NCBI RefSeq assembly: GCF_036365525.1 | Contig: NC_090400.1 | Location: 28,385,353 to 28,449,352, forward strand | Length of the DNA: 64,000 nt | From: Heterodontus francisci | Lineage: Eukaryota | Reading direction: 5' to 3' | Shown: one piece after another, positions 1-12,480 of the stretch | Position numbering within the stretch: position 1 is the first letter of the stretch | How the letters are laid out: each line of letters begins with the position of its first letter | Notes under the pieces: model-generated | The model's database searches: none | Told to the model about the DNA's origin: nothing | Seen by the model: only the letters and a program-made list of their open reading frames with translations | Translations under genes and position numbers: made by a program

Positions 1-490
1 GAGGGTGCAGAGGAGATTCACCAGGATGTTGCCTGGGCTGGAGAATTTCAGCTATGAAGAGAGACTGAAAAGGCTAGGGTTGTTTTCCTTAGAGCACAGA
101 AGGCTGAGGGGGACCCTAATTGAGGTATACAAAATTATGAGGGGCATAGATAGGGTAGATAGGAAGCAACTTTTTCCCTTAGCGGAGGGGTCAATAACCA
201 GGGGGCATAGATTTAAGGTAAGGGACAAGAGATTCAGAGGGGATTTGACGAAAGAAATTTTCACCTAGAGGGTAGTTGGAATCTGGAACACACTGCCTGA
301 AGAGGTGGTAGAGGCAGGTACCCTCACAACATTTAAGAAGTATTTAGATGAGCACTTGAAACGCCATAGCATACAAGGCTATGGGCCAAGTGCTGGAAAA
401 TGGGATTAGAACAGATAGGTGCTTGATGGCCTGCACGGGCACAATGGGCCGAAAGGCCTGTTTCTGTGCTGTATGACTCCATGACTCTAA
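1..490 (+). mobile_element. CR1-clade (HER1-like) LINE, 3' end
   Basis: ORF 5..268 (QRRFTRMLPGL..SYEERLKRLGLFSLE) is the CR1 ORF2 C-terminus. It is followed by a 3'UTR and a TATGACTC-type repeated tail. Confidence 0.9.
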
Positions 491-968
491 ACCCTTCTCA
501 GATTCCCAATGTTTGAAATCTCAGGACTTAAAGATGCCAAAACAACACTGACCCCTCGAGATCACATGCCCAATGATAATGCTGAGTATTCATTTTTTAA
601 ATTTGCTAATCAGGAATGCAATTAGATACATTGGAAATCCCAATTAGCCAGGTGTTGGACAACATTCTATACACAAAAAACTTTTATCAGCTATATAATC
701 ATATATATGAATGATACAATAGTTACATAAATTTCTCCATTTACAATGTAAAATGTTTTTTTTTAATTCTTGCATTTATATACATTGACAATTATACACA
801 TATTGTTTAACTTTACTGCAACTAATGTCACAGATCATTAGTATAAATCGAGTTCAGTCCACTTTAAAACAAATCAATGAACAAAGGCATTCAAAAGTTG
901 AGCTTCTGCTGAATATTTAAGCAGATATTTTACAAAGCAACTCATTTTTGTAGTTGCTCAAAGCTGAC

Positions 969-1098
969 CTGTTTACATATTTCAGTCAAGTCGTCTGTCT
1001 GAAATGCTGCAACACAATCCTCTTTCTTTGCCACCTGTCCTTTTGATACATTTGTAAATACGGTGTGAGTTTGAAGAACTTCGTCAAGATCCTTTTCC
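969..1098 (-). CDS. SBDS: SBDS coding exon 2
   Basis: ttttcag acceptor, 130 nt, reads (A)[43 protein letters not shown], then CAG|gtcagc donor. The phase fits exon 1. Later exons lie left of the window. Confidence 0.97.
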
Positions 1099-1620
1099 CT
1101 GAAAATACATAATAGTAACGTTGAGAAAGACAGCTATGCTCACTCATACACACAGGATGAAATCACATGACCTTTCCCTTCTTAAATAACACAAATTTCA
1201 TTCTAATAGAATATCCAACAAGATAACATTATTTAAATGTTTCTATCATCACATATGCTCTTCCTTCCCTAGATGCAGAATGAAAACTATACAATTCCAC
1301 TGCACTCCTCCAATTGGAAATCAAATCTCAAGTAGACAAAATCCTACATAAAATGATGCTTTTGGTACACATTTTACAGAAATATGCAATATTAACAGAG
1401 ATAAATATTTCTTTGCACGTGGCTTTCTGGCTCAAAAGACTGAATATCACCAAAACTGGCTTAAAACACAAGACTCACTGTTATACATTATAAAATGTGC
1501 TCTTAATGATTTGACAACCGCAAAATAATTCGATTATAAAGTGAAATAAAATTCCCAGTAACTTGCTGCATGATTATTTTTAAAGTGATTACATTAAAAA
1601 TGGATTTTTTATTGAAGGTG

Positions 1621-3325
1621 CGGGGGGGGGGGGGGGGTGAGAGATGCGGGGGGGGGTGAGAGATGGGGGGGGGGGGAAGAGATATTGGGGGGGGGGGAGA
1701 GATATTGGGGGGGGGGAAGAGATATTGGGGGGGGGGGAGAGATATTGGGGGGGGGGAGAGATATTGGGGGGGGGAGAGATATTGGGGGGGGGAGAGATAT
1801 TGGGGGGGGGGAGAGATATTGGGGGGGGGGGAGAGATATTGGGGGGGGGGAGAGATATTGGGGGGGGGGATAGATATTGGGGGGGGGGGGAGAGATATTG
1901 GGGGGGGGGAGAGATATTGGGGGGGGGGGAGAGATATTGGGGGGGGGGGAGAGATATTGGGGGGGGGGGAGAGATATTGGGGGGGGGGGAGAGATATTGG
2001 GGGGGGGGGAGAGATATTGGGGGGGGGGGGAGAGATATTGGGGGGGGGGGAGAGATATTGGGGGGGGGGGAGAGATATTGGGGGGGGGGGAGAGATATTG
2101 GGGGGGGGGGAGAGATATTGGGGGGGGGGAGAGATATTGGGGGGGGGGAGAGATATTGGGGGGGGGGAGATACTGGGGGGGGGGGAGAGATATTGGGGGG
2201 GGGGAGAGATATTGGGGGGGGGGAGAGATATTGGGGGGGGGGGGAGAGATATTGGGGGGGGGGAGAGATATTGGGGGGGGGGGAGAGATATTGGGGGGGG
2301 GGGGAGAGATATTGGGGGGGGGGGAGAGATATTGGGGGGGGGAGAGATATTGGGGGGGGGAGAGATATTGGGGGGGGGAGAGATATTGGGGGGGGGAGAG
2401 ATATTGGGGGGGGGAGAGATATTGGGGGGGGGAGAGATATTGGGGGGGGGAGAGATATTGGGGGGGGGAGAGATATTGGGGGGGGGAGAGATATTGGGGG
2501 GGGGAGAGATATTGGGGGGGGGGGGAGAGATATGGGGGGGGGGAGAGATATTGGGGGGGGAGAGATATTGGGGGGGGAGAGATATTGGGGGGGGAGAGAT
2601 ATTGGGGGGGGGGGAGAGATATTGGGGGGGGGGGAGAGATATTGGGGGGGGGGAGAGATATTGGGGGGGGGGGAGAGATATTGGGGGGGGGGAGAGATAT
2701 TGGGGGGGGGAAGAGATATTGGGGGGGGAAAGAGATATTGGGGGGGGGGGGAAGAGATATTGGGGGGGGGGGAAGAGATATTGGGGGGGGGGGAAGAGAT
2801 ATTGGGGGGGGGAAAGAGATATTGGGGGGGGGAAAGAGATATTGGGGGGGGAAAGAGATATTGGGGGGGGAAAGAGATATTGGGGGGGGGAAAGAGATAT
2901 TGGGGGGGGGAAAGAGATATTGGGGGGGGGGGAAAGATATATTGGGGGGGGGGGAAAGAGATATTGGGGGGGGGGAAAGAGATATTGGGGGGGGGGAAAG
3001 AGATATTGGGGGGGGAAAAGAGATATTGGGGGGGGGAAGAGATATTGGGGGGGGGGAAGAGATATTGGGGGGGGGGAAGAGATATTGGGGGGGGGGAAGA
3101 GATATTGGGGGGGGGGGAAAGAGATATTGGGGGGGGGGGAAAGAGATATTGGGGGGGGGGGGGAAAGAGATATTGGGGGGGGGGGGGAAAGAGATATTGG
3201 GGGGGGGGGAAAGAGATATTGGGGGGGGGGGGAAAGAGATATTGGGGGGGGGGGGAAAGAGATATTGGGGGGGGGGGGAAAGAGATATTGGGGGGGGGGG
3301 GGGAAAGAGATATTGGGGGGGGAGG
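1621..3325 (+). repeat. G-run minisatellite (Gn-AGAGATATT / Gn-AAAGAGATATT) in SBDS intron 1
   Basis: Directly visible ~18-23 bp unit over ~1.7 kb with variable poly-G length. Confidence 0.97.
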
Positions 3326-3340
3326 AGTTTCTGATACTTA

Positions 3341-3832
<492 letters not shown>

Positions 3833-3834
3833 AG

Positions 3835-4232
3835 GGTTGGTCAGTGACCAGGTATTTTTTGTGGAGGGGAGGGGTGGTCAGTGACCAGGTATTTTTTGTG
3901 GAGGGGAGGGGTGGTCAGTGACCAGGTATTTTTTGTGGGGGGGGAGGGGTGGTCAGTGACCAGGTTTTTTTTGGGGGGGAGGGGTGGTCAGTGACCAGGT
4001 TTTTTTGTGGGGGGGAGGGGTGGTCAGTGACCAGGTATTTTGGGGGGGGGGAGGGGTGGTCAGTGACCAGGTTTTTTTGTGGGGGGGGGGGGGGAGGGGT
4101 GGTCAGTGACCAGGTTTTTTTGTGGGGGGGGAGGGGTGGTCAGTGACCAGGTTTTTTTGTGGGGGGGAGGGGTGGTCAGTGACCAGGTATTTTTTGTGGG
4201 GGGGAGGGGTGGTCAGTGACCAGGTTTTTTTG
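3835..4232 (+). repeat. ~37-45 bp minisatellite, left part (GGGGAGGGG-TGGTCAGTGACCA-GGTTTTTTTGT)
   Basis: About ten directly visible units with an invariant palindromic core. Confidence 0.95.
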
Positions 4233-4242
4233 GGGGTTTTTT

Positions 4243-5648
4243 TCGTCACATACAGGAGAAATGCTGTGAACAACAGATGCCCCTCTACATTGCTTTCATT
4301 GCTCTCACCAAAGCCTTTGATCTCGTCAGCAGACGTGGTCTCTTCAGACTACTAGAAAAGATTGGATGCCCACCAAAACTACTCTAAGTATCATCACCTC
4401 ATTCCATGACAATATGAAAGGTGCAATTCAACATGGTGGCTCCTCATCAGAACCCTTTCCTATCCTGAGTGGCGTGAAACAGGGCTGTGTTCTCGCACCC
4501 ACACTTTTTGGTATTTTCTTCTCCCTGCTGCTTTCACATGTGTTCAAGTCCTCTGAAGAAGGAATTTTCCTCCACACAAGATCAGGGGGCAGGTTGTTCA
4601 ACCTTGCCCGTCTAAGAGCGAAGTCCAAAGTACGGAAAGTCCTCATCAGGGAACTCCTCTTTGCTGACGATGCTGCTTTAACATCTCACACTGAAGAGTG
4701 CCTGCAGAGTCTCATCGACAGGTTTGCGGCTGCCTGCAATGAATTTGGCCTACAATCAGCCTCAAGAAAATGAACATCATGGGGCAGGACGTCAGAAATG
4801 CTCCATCCATCAATATTGGCGACCACGCTCTGGAAGTGGTTCAAGAGTTCACCTACCTAGGCTCAACTATCACCAGTAACCTGTCTCTCGATGCAGAAAT
4901 CAACATGCGCATGGGAAAGGCTTCCACTGCTATGTCCAGACTGGCCATGAGAGTGTGGGAAAATGGGGCACTGACACGGAACACAAAAGTCCGAGTGTAT
5001 CAGGCCTGTGTCCTCAGTACCTTGCTCTATGGCAGCGAGGCCTGGACAACGTATGTCAGCCAAGAGCGAAGTCTCAATTCATTCCATCTTCGCTGCCTCC
5101 GGAGAATACTTGGCATCAGGTGGCAGGACCGTATCTCCAACACAGAAGCCCTCGAGGCGGCCAACATCCCCAGCTTATACACACTACTGAGTCAGCGGCG
5201 CTTGAGATGGCTTGGCCTTGTGAGCCGCATGGAAGATGGCAGGATCCCCAAAGACACATTGTACAGCGAGCTCATCACTGGTATCAGATCCACCGGCCGT
5301 CCATGTCTCTGCTTTAAAGACGTCTGCAAACGCGACATGAAATCCTGTGACATTCATCACAAGTCGTGGGGGTCAGTTGCCAGTGTCCGCCAGAGCTGGC
5401 GGGCAGCCATAAAGGCGGGGCTAAAGTGTGGCGAGTCGAATAGACTTAGTAGTTGGCAGGAAAAAAGACAGAGGCGCAAGGGGAGAGCCAACTGTGTAAC
5501 AGCCCCGACAAACATATTTCTCTGCAGCACCTGTGGAAGAGCCTATCACTCTAGAATTGGCCTTTATAGCCACTCCAGGCGCTGCTTCACAAACCACTGA
5601 CCACCCCCAGGCGCTTATCCATTGTCTCTCGAGATAAGGAGGCCAAAG
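4243..5648 (+). mobile_element. RTE-clade LINE, 5'-truncated, inserted in the minisatellite
   Basis: RT motifs GVKQGCVLAPTLF, LLFADDAAL and FTYLGS. C-terminal CxxC...SRIGLYSHxRxC knuckle. Frameshifted. Confidence 0.93.
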
Positions 5649-6672
5649 AGGGGTGGTCAGTGACCAGGTTTTTTTTGGGGGGGAGGGGTGGGCAGTGACC
5701 AGGTTTTTTTGGGCGGGTGGGGTGGTCAGTGACCAGCTTTTGTTGGGTGGGAAGTCTGGGGTGATCAGTGTCCAGGTTTTGGGGGGAAGGTGGGTGTGGG
5801 GTGGACGTAGAGTTATACAGCACAGAAACAGGCCCTTCGGCCCATCGTGTCTGTGCCAGCCATCAAACACCTATATTCTAATCCCATTTTCCAGCACAGT
5901 GTCCAGGTTTTGGGCGGGGTGGTCAGTGCCCAGGCTTTGGGGGGAGGGTGCAGGGTGGTCCGTGTCCAGGTTTTTTTTTGGGGGGGGGGAGGGGTGGTCA
6001 GTGACCAGGTTTTTTTTTTGGTGGGGGAGGGGTGGTCAGTGACCAGGTTTTTTTGTGGGGGGGTGGGGTGGTCAGTGTCCAGGTTTTTTTTGGGGGGGGG
6101 GGGGTAGGGGTGGTCAGTGTCCAGGTTTTTTTGGGGGGGGAGGGGTAGTCAGTGACCAGGTTTTTTTGGGGGGAGGGGTGGTCAGTGACCAGCTTTTGTT
6201 GGGTGGGAAGTCTGGGGTGATCAGTGTCCAGGTTTTGGGGGGAGGGTGGGTGTGGGGTGGACATAGAGTTATACAGCACAGAAACAGGCCCATCGTGTCT
6301 GTGCCGACCATCAAGCACCTATATTCTAATCCCATTTTCGAGCACAGTGTCCAGGTTTTGGGCGGTGTGGTCAGTGTCCTGTTTTGGGGGGAGGGCAGGA
6401 TGCAGGGTGCTCAGTTTCCAGGTTTTGGGGTGCGGGATGGTCAGTGCCCAGGCTTTGGGGGGAGGGTGCAGGGTGGTCAGTGTCCAGGTTATGGGGGAGG
6501 GGCCAAGATGCAGGGTGGTCAGTGTCCAGGTTATGGAGGGTGTGGGTTGGTCAGTGTCCAGGTTTTGTGGGGACGGGTGTGGTGTGGTCAGTGTGCAGGT
6601 TTTGGGGTAAGGGGGGGGAGGTGGGGTGGTCACTGTCCAGGTTGGTGGGAAGAGAACATGGTCAGTGTCCAA
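5649..6672 (+). repeat. Same minisatellite, right and more degenerate part, with two embedded LINE-tail fragments
   Basis: The core drifts from TGGTCAGTGACCA to TGGTCAGTGTCCA. Reverse-oriented HER1/CR1 tail pieces lie at ~5808-5897 and ~6262-6345. Confidence 0.9.
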
Positions 6673-7949
6673 GCAAGGGGGCAGTTTCAAAGTTAAATAA
6701 ATGTGAAAGGTGAGGAGATTCAGAAAAGTCCAGTAAGATCAATGCAGGTGGGGGTGCATGGGAGAAGTGGGGGTGGTTGGTTTTAGGGCTTGTGGAGGTT
6801 GGGATCACGGAGGAGGTGAGGAAAGTTTTTTGAAGGGACGTGATGATGGTAATTTTGAAAGATGGGGGCAGTGCTTGAAGCAAGGAAATCATTTACACTA
6901 CTGGTTGCATGGGGGCTTGGAAGGGAAGGCAGCTCGTTGGAGTGGTTTTGAGGGAGCATGAGGTTGGTCTTATGGAGGAGGTGAACTTGGAAGGGGTGGG
7001 GGAGAAATTAGAGGGATATCGAATTTAGGACTAGAGTGGGAAGGGGACTGGGAAGGTTTAGCTTAATACCTATGCTGGGCCAAATGGCAACCTTTTGTAC
7101 TGTTTGATTCTACCTCTGCTCATCTTTGAAGGAAGAATCAAAACACGCCAGATAGAAAAAAAAACAAAGGCTGCTAAAGAAGTAAGCTAAGAGGCTGCGG
7201 GAGCGAGAAATAACCTCTGCTGTTAGCAGGACAAATTGCAGAACGAACAAGTGAGCTAGTCCATGCATGTTCTTCGAACTAATTGTACTAAGTAACTTTG
7301 ATTGTACTCACTGTCTATATATGGAACAAAGCAGTTTACAAACTGAACCAGTGGACCTCTTGCTCAGTGTTAATTTGATCCATTTTTGGAGAGATTAAAG
7401 GTGTTTAAACAAGTTTAAAGACACGGAGAATGGGTCCAGATCACAAGGGAGTTTAATTGTCACACTCCAAGCTAGCTGATAGAGAGCCATGGGAGTAAAC
7501 ATCCATAAAAAGCAAGCAACCAGACTGCTTAAAGGAGCAATTGACTTCACTTAACCTTAGTAATACCTGCAACAGATCTGAATTAGTAACCATAATTCAT
7601 CTTTACTGAAGTCTCAGTACCAGCTCAGAATAGACAATTTGTTTTTAAATGCTTATACTATTCTGTTTGTAGCACTAGAAATGCTTCAACAAACAGATTG
7701 CCAGATCCCAGCTCAGTGTTGGGTAACTGGCTTTGGGTTCAGTCTAGTGGGGTCATAAAGAATGATAGTGGGTTTAGGAGGTGGGGACCAACAAGGAGCA
7801 AATGTAATGAGAAGGGATGGGGAAAGGAAGTAGGCTGTGGTGGAGGGATGAAGGGGTAGGGAAGTGGAGTGGATCAGGTGTAAATCAGCAGACAATTGAG
7901 GTTGCATCTGACTCATTTGCATTTTTAATGCAGAACATTTGGTTGTACA

Positions 7950-8328
7950 GATTAGATTAGATGATTAGATTAGATTAGATTAGATTAGAGATACAGCACT
8001 GAAACAGGCCCTTCGGCCCACCGAGTCTGTGCCGAACATCAACCACCCATTTATACTAATCCGACACTAATCCCATATTCCTACCAAACATCCCCACCTG
8101 TCCCTATATTTCCCTACCACCTACCTATACTAGTGACAATTTATAACGGCCAATTTACCTATCAACCTGCAAGTCTTTTGGCTTGTGGGAGGAAACCGGA
8201 GCACCCGGAGAAAACCCACGCAGACACAGGGAGAACTTGCAAACTCCACACAGGCAGTACCCGGAATCGAACCCGGGTCCCTGGAGCTGTGAGGCTGCGG
8301 TGCTAACCACTGCGCCACTGTGCCGCCC
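7950..8328 (-). mobile_element. HE1-type V-SINE (tRNA-derived)
   Basis: Minus strand begins GGGCGGCACAGTGGCGCAGTGGTTAGC (A box) and has GGTTCGATTCC (B box). It contains the V-domain TGCGTGGGTTTTCTCCGGGTGCTCCGGTTTCCTCCCACA, a HER1-like 3' end and an (ATCTA)n tail. Confidence 0.92.
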
Positions 8329-8759
8329 CAATGATGAATGCACTGGCTCAATAAAATCTGCAGATCACAAGCTGAGCTTTTTTTTTTAAACAGAATCTAT
8401 CTCAAATTTGAGGATAATCATTTAAAAAATAGAAATAATACACCATGGACAAAATACTCAATTTTTTCAGATCACTCCCCCCATTCAGGTAGGTGCTCAG
8501 CTCACTCATAAGAACCGTACTAACAGCATGTGTCACATGGGAGTGGTTGCCAAATCTCCTGGCCTCAGATTTCCATGGAGTATGTGGAACTCTGCCCAAA
8601 AGACTTGCCAATCCGCTGCTAAGCATGTCGGTATCTTTCTTATTCAATGGTGTTGTGCAGTGTGTCATGGGCGCTGATTGATTAGCATCAAGCAGCCCAC
8701 ATCTGACCTTAAGACAAACAACCTTGTCCAACTACATCTCTCCGAGGACAGTGACTGCC

Positions 8760-9775
8760 TTGGCACCGGTTGTTCCCTCTTGTAATACAGCCAAGCTGAA
8801 GCGAGTAGGAAGTTCACTCTCACTCCCTTCTGCTCCCAATTCCTCTTTTCTACTTCTATTAGCTGGTGCCCATCCCCCTGCCACTTTAGTGTGAACCTCC
8901 CCGCAAGGATGTTGGTCCCAGTCCTGTTGAGGTGCAACCCGTTCCTTTTGAATCTGTGCCTCCTGCCCCAGAACTGGTCCCAATATCTCAAAAATCTGAA
9001 GCCCTCCCTCCTGCACCATGCCTCAAGCCACGCATTGATCCTCCCTGTTTTCCTATTACTACTCTTGCTGGCGCATGGCACTAGAGATTACTACATTCAA
9101 GGTCCTGCTTTTTAAACTTTCTAGCTCCTGAAAATCTGACCATAGGAACTCAATATCTGCTCTCTCTAGGTCATTGGTACCGAAGTATACCACAATTTTT
9201 GGCTTACTCCCTTCCTCCTGCAGAATATTCTGCACCCTCTCTGTGATGTCCTTTACCCTGGCACCAGGCAGGCAACACACCAAGCAGGACTCGTGATGAC
9301 GGTTACAGAAATGCCAGTCTCCCCCTAACTATGGAATCTCCTATAACAAACCTATTTCTACTTTTTGCTGTTTCTTCCTCTGTAGTCCCTTGTCCACTGG
9401 TGTCATGGTCTGGACTGCACTCCTTCAAGGTGTCATCAATCTCAACACTCCAAAGCTGAGAACCGGTTTGAGAGTGGCACACACGCTGAAGACTCCTGCA
9501 CCTCCTGCCTCTTCCCACTCTTCTGGATGGCCACCCATCTACTATCCTGAACTCTCTCTGCCTGTGGGGCACCTACCTCTTGGAATGTATGATTCAGGAC
9601 ACTCCCTAATGCTCTGCAGTGACTCCAGCTGCCCTCAAGCTTGGAAGCCCTGAGCTCGAACTCAAGCTAGTGGAGACATTTCCGACACACGTGGTTCCCC
9701 AAGACACATGAAGCATCCTGAGGTTCTCATGGCACAGGAATTACAAGCAACAGGTCTTAGCTGCCCATCCATGAT
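8760..9775 (-). mobile_element. Decayed CR1 ORF1 (SGNH esterase) remnant
   Basis: Fragments VIGDSIVRG, VCCLPGARVKDI, FGTND and NGLHLNRTGT parallel ORF1 at 32580-33533. Confidence 0.85.
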
Positions 9776-10669
9776 ATTAAAAAAAATCCTGCTTTTATAA
9801 TCTAGTTAGTACCTTGTTTAAAGTCTTAATTTTCAATGAATGCCTCTAGACCTGCTCTGTGCTAATACTCTTTTTAATTCACTTACTGTTATTAACCTGA
9901 TTGAAATTGTATTCATTAGTTTAACTAGGGTATAAATTTAATACAGTACTTTTGAGTTTCTTGGTCCTAGTTTAATTCACTGGCTTAATTCTTTTTTTTA
10001 AATCCTAATACTTAGCAACAAATCACCGGTCTGTCCTCTGATATCATTCTTGCTTTTTTGAAACGAGACTGATTAGGTCCCCGCTGTTCCAAGCGCACCC
10101 CTCCTCCCCACCCCCCCACCCCCCATCTCTGTCTTATCCTTTGCTGCCACTGCTGGTATCTCTGATCAGGTTGGTAACCTAATTTATGATCTAACCTGTT
10201 ACAGTAATCTCTCTAGTATCATCTTCCTGTGATATGCTCGACTGCAGAATCTCATGGTCTGATTAGCTGGCTCAACGGACGGATGATGTGGGGTAGCTCT
10301 CATTTTAGCCACATGTCAATTTCCCAGTGTTGCAAGACCACAAAGTTATTGGCATTCTCAACCAATTAATTTGAAGTTTTGTTTGTGGTCCAGTGATCAC
10401 ATGCTTAAATCGTCATGAACAACCTTTAGAAATTGTTCTCCTAATGTGAATTCACTTATTTGTTCTGCTGACACTGTTTTCTCCCCATCCTACCATAGCT
10501 TACATACCACTCATCTTTATAAGTAATTCTTTATGTGTACAATTAGATTCCTAGTGTGCCAGCCACCCTATAAGCCTCTTGTGTCAGATCAGATCAACCA
10601 ATGTAGGTCAACTCAAAACATGGCATATCCCATACAGAGTTGAGGTTCTACATATAACAACAACAGTTT

Positions 10670-11850
10670 GCATTGTTTTAAAGAAGGTTTTAAAGGAGAT
10701 GGGGAAGCTGTAGGAGTTTAGGGAATGACTTCTAGAGTGTGGGACATACACAGCTGAAGGCACAGCCACCAATCGTGGGGTGGCGAAGGAGGTGATGCAC
10801 AAGAGATTAGAGTCAGAGGAACGCAGAGTTTGGGTTAAGGGTTGTAGGGCTGGCGGAGGTTACAGCACTAGAGCGCGGTGACACCATGATTGGATTTAGC
10901 ATGAGGATGAGCATTTTAAATTGAAGGCCTGGGAGGTCTGTGATCCAATGTAGGTCAACTAAGACAGGATTGATGGATGAGTGGGAATATGTGCTGAATA
11001 GGATATGGCAGCAAAGTTTTGAATGACCTTAAGTTGATGGGAGACTGGCCAGAAGGGCACTGGAGGTAACAAAGGTATGTATGAAGATTTCATCCACAGG
11101 TGGGCTGAGGGAGGGGCAGAGGCAGGTGAGGTTACTGAGGTGTATGTAGTGGTCTTTGTGACAGGGGGGTGGGTATGGGGTTGGAAGCTCAGCTCGAAGT
11201 CAAGGTTGCGAACAGTTTGGTTCAACCTGAGACAAAGGCCAGGGAAGGGAATGGATTTGGTGGATGTGGTTCAAATGCTGGAGGACAGTGGCTTCAATCT
11301 TCCCAATGTTAAGTTGGATGGCGTTTTGGCTAATCTCAGAGTAGATGTTTGGACAGGCAGTCTGACAGCAAAGACAATTGAAGGGTCGAAAGGTGATGGA
11401 GAGGTAGAACTAGGCATTGTACATGTGAAAGGTGACTTACCTTTGTATGATGTCAGCAAGGAAGAGCATGTAGATGAGGAGGAAGCCAAGGATAGATCTT
11501 TGGACCACTCCAGAAGTAATAGTGTGGGAGCAGAATGGGAAGCCATTGTTTGAGATACTCTAGGTTTTATTGGATAGGTAAGAATGGAATCAACTGGATA
11601 AGGATAATTCAACTGAGTTGGACAATAGAGAGGTGTTGGAGGAGAATGAAGTTATCGAACATGTCAAAGACTACACAGAGTCCGAAGGGGAAGAAAGCAT
11701 CATGGAAACAATCACAGAGAATCTAATTTGTAACTTTGATTAGGGCTGTTTTGGTGCATGGGTGGAAATGGTTTGGAAAGATTCATACACAGAGTTACGG
11801 GAAAGGTTATTATGGATTTGAAGGTGACAATATTATCAAGGACTTTGAGA
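10670..11850 (-). mobile_element. Old L2-like LINE remnant
   Basis: Degenerate, frameshifted RT-like sequence and an L2-type 3' region that recurs at ~19010-19720. Boundaries are approximate. Confidence 0.6.
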
Positions 11851-12480
11851 GAAAAGAAAAGTTTGAATGTTCCAGTATTATCCTTGCTAGCCTCCCAAAC
11901 TCCAACTCATCCAAAATCCCTGTCACTTGCATCCTCACCCACATTATTCATCCATCACCCCAAACCTTTCCAATCTGCTTTGGCTAAAAATTCTCTGTTG
12001 CACCAAAATCCATTTACATGCTTACAAATGACTCCTTTGTCTTGCTCCTTCAACCTGTGGTAGCCCTAATGACTACACCCTACAATGACTCAGCAGCTTG
12101 ACTCTAATTACCTTTGCAACCTGTTTGATGCTTGGTCAACCCTTCTGGCACTCTTGCCATTTTCCTCCCAGCCTTTAAAGTTCTCCTCAAATCCAATCTG
12201 TTGGACTGTGCATTACAGTAGCTTTTCCCAACTGTTGTAGGATATCCATATATCAAGCACTTTGGAACATTTGATTCTGCCAAAGGTGCTGTAGAAATGC
12301 AGTTCTTGTTCTTGACTTCACTTTCAGTCTAGGACTTTATAATATCACATTCTTTGTGGATAATTTTAAAGTGAATGTATCCAGCCAGCAGCAGAGTAAT
12401 GAATGTAGGAGTTTCATGTGTTTTAGCTGTTTAAGTTGTTGCAGGAGTTGGATTGAAGTTGAGGAGTCTGTTGTGTTTTA

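Noticed and set aside
3835-4232. CRISPR-like look (constant palindromic repeat with variable gaps)
   Set aside because: The gaps are only G/T homopolymer length variants, not unique spacers. The context is vertebrate and there are no cas genes.
8255-8328. tRNA-like sequence with A and B boxes (also ~41585-41652)
   Set aside because: It continues into a V-SINE body and LINE-derived tail, so it is a SINE head rather than a tRNA gene.
8402-8731. 109-aa minus-strand ORF
   Set aside because: No recognisable motif or convincing splice structure. It adjoins decayed CR1 sequence.
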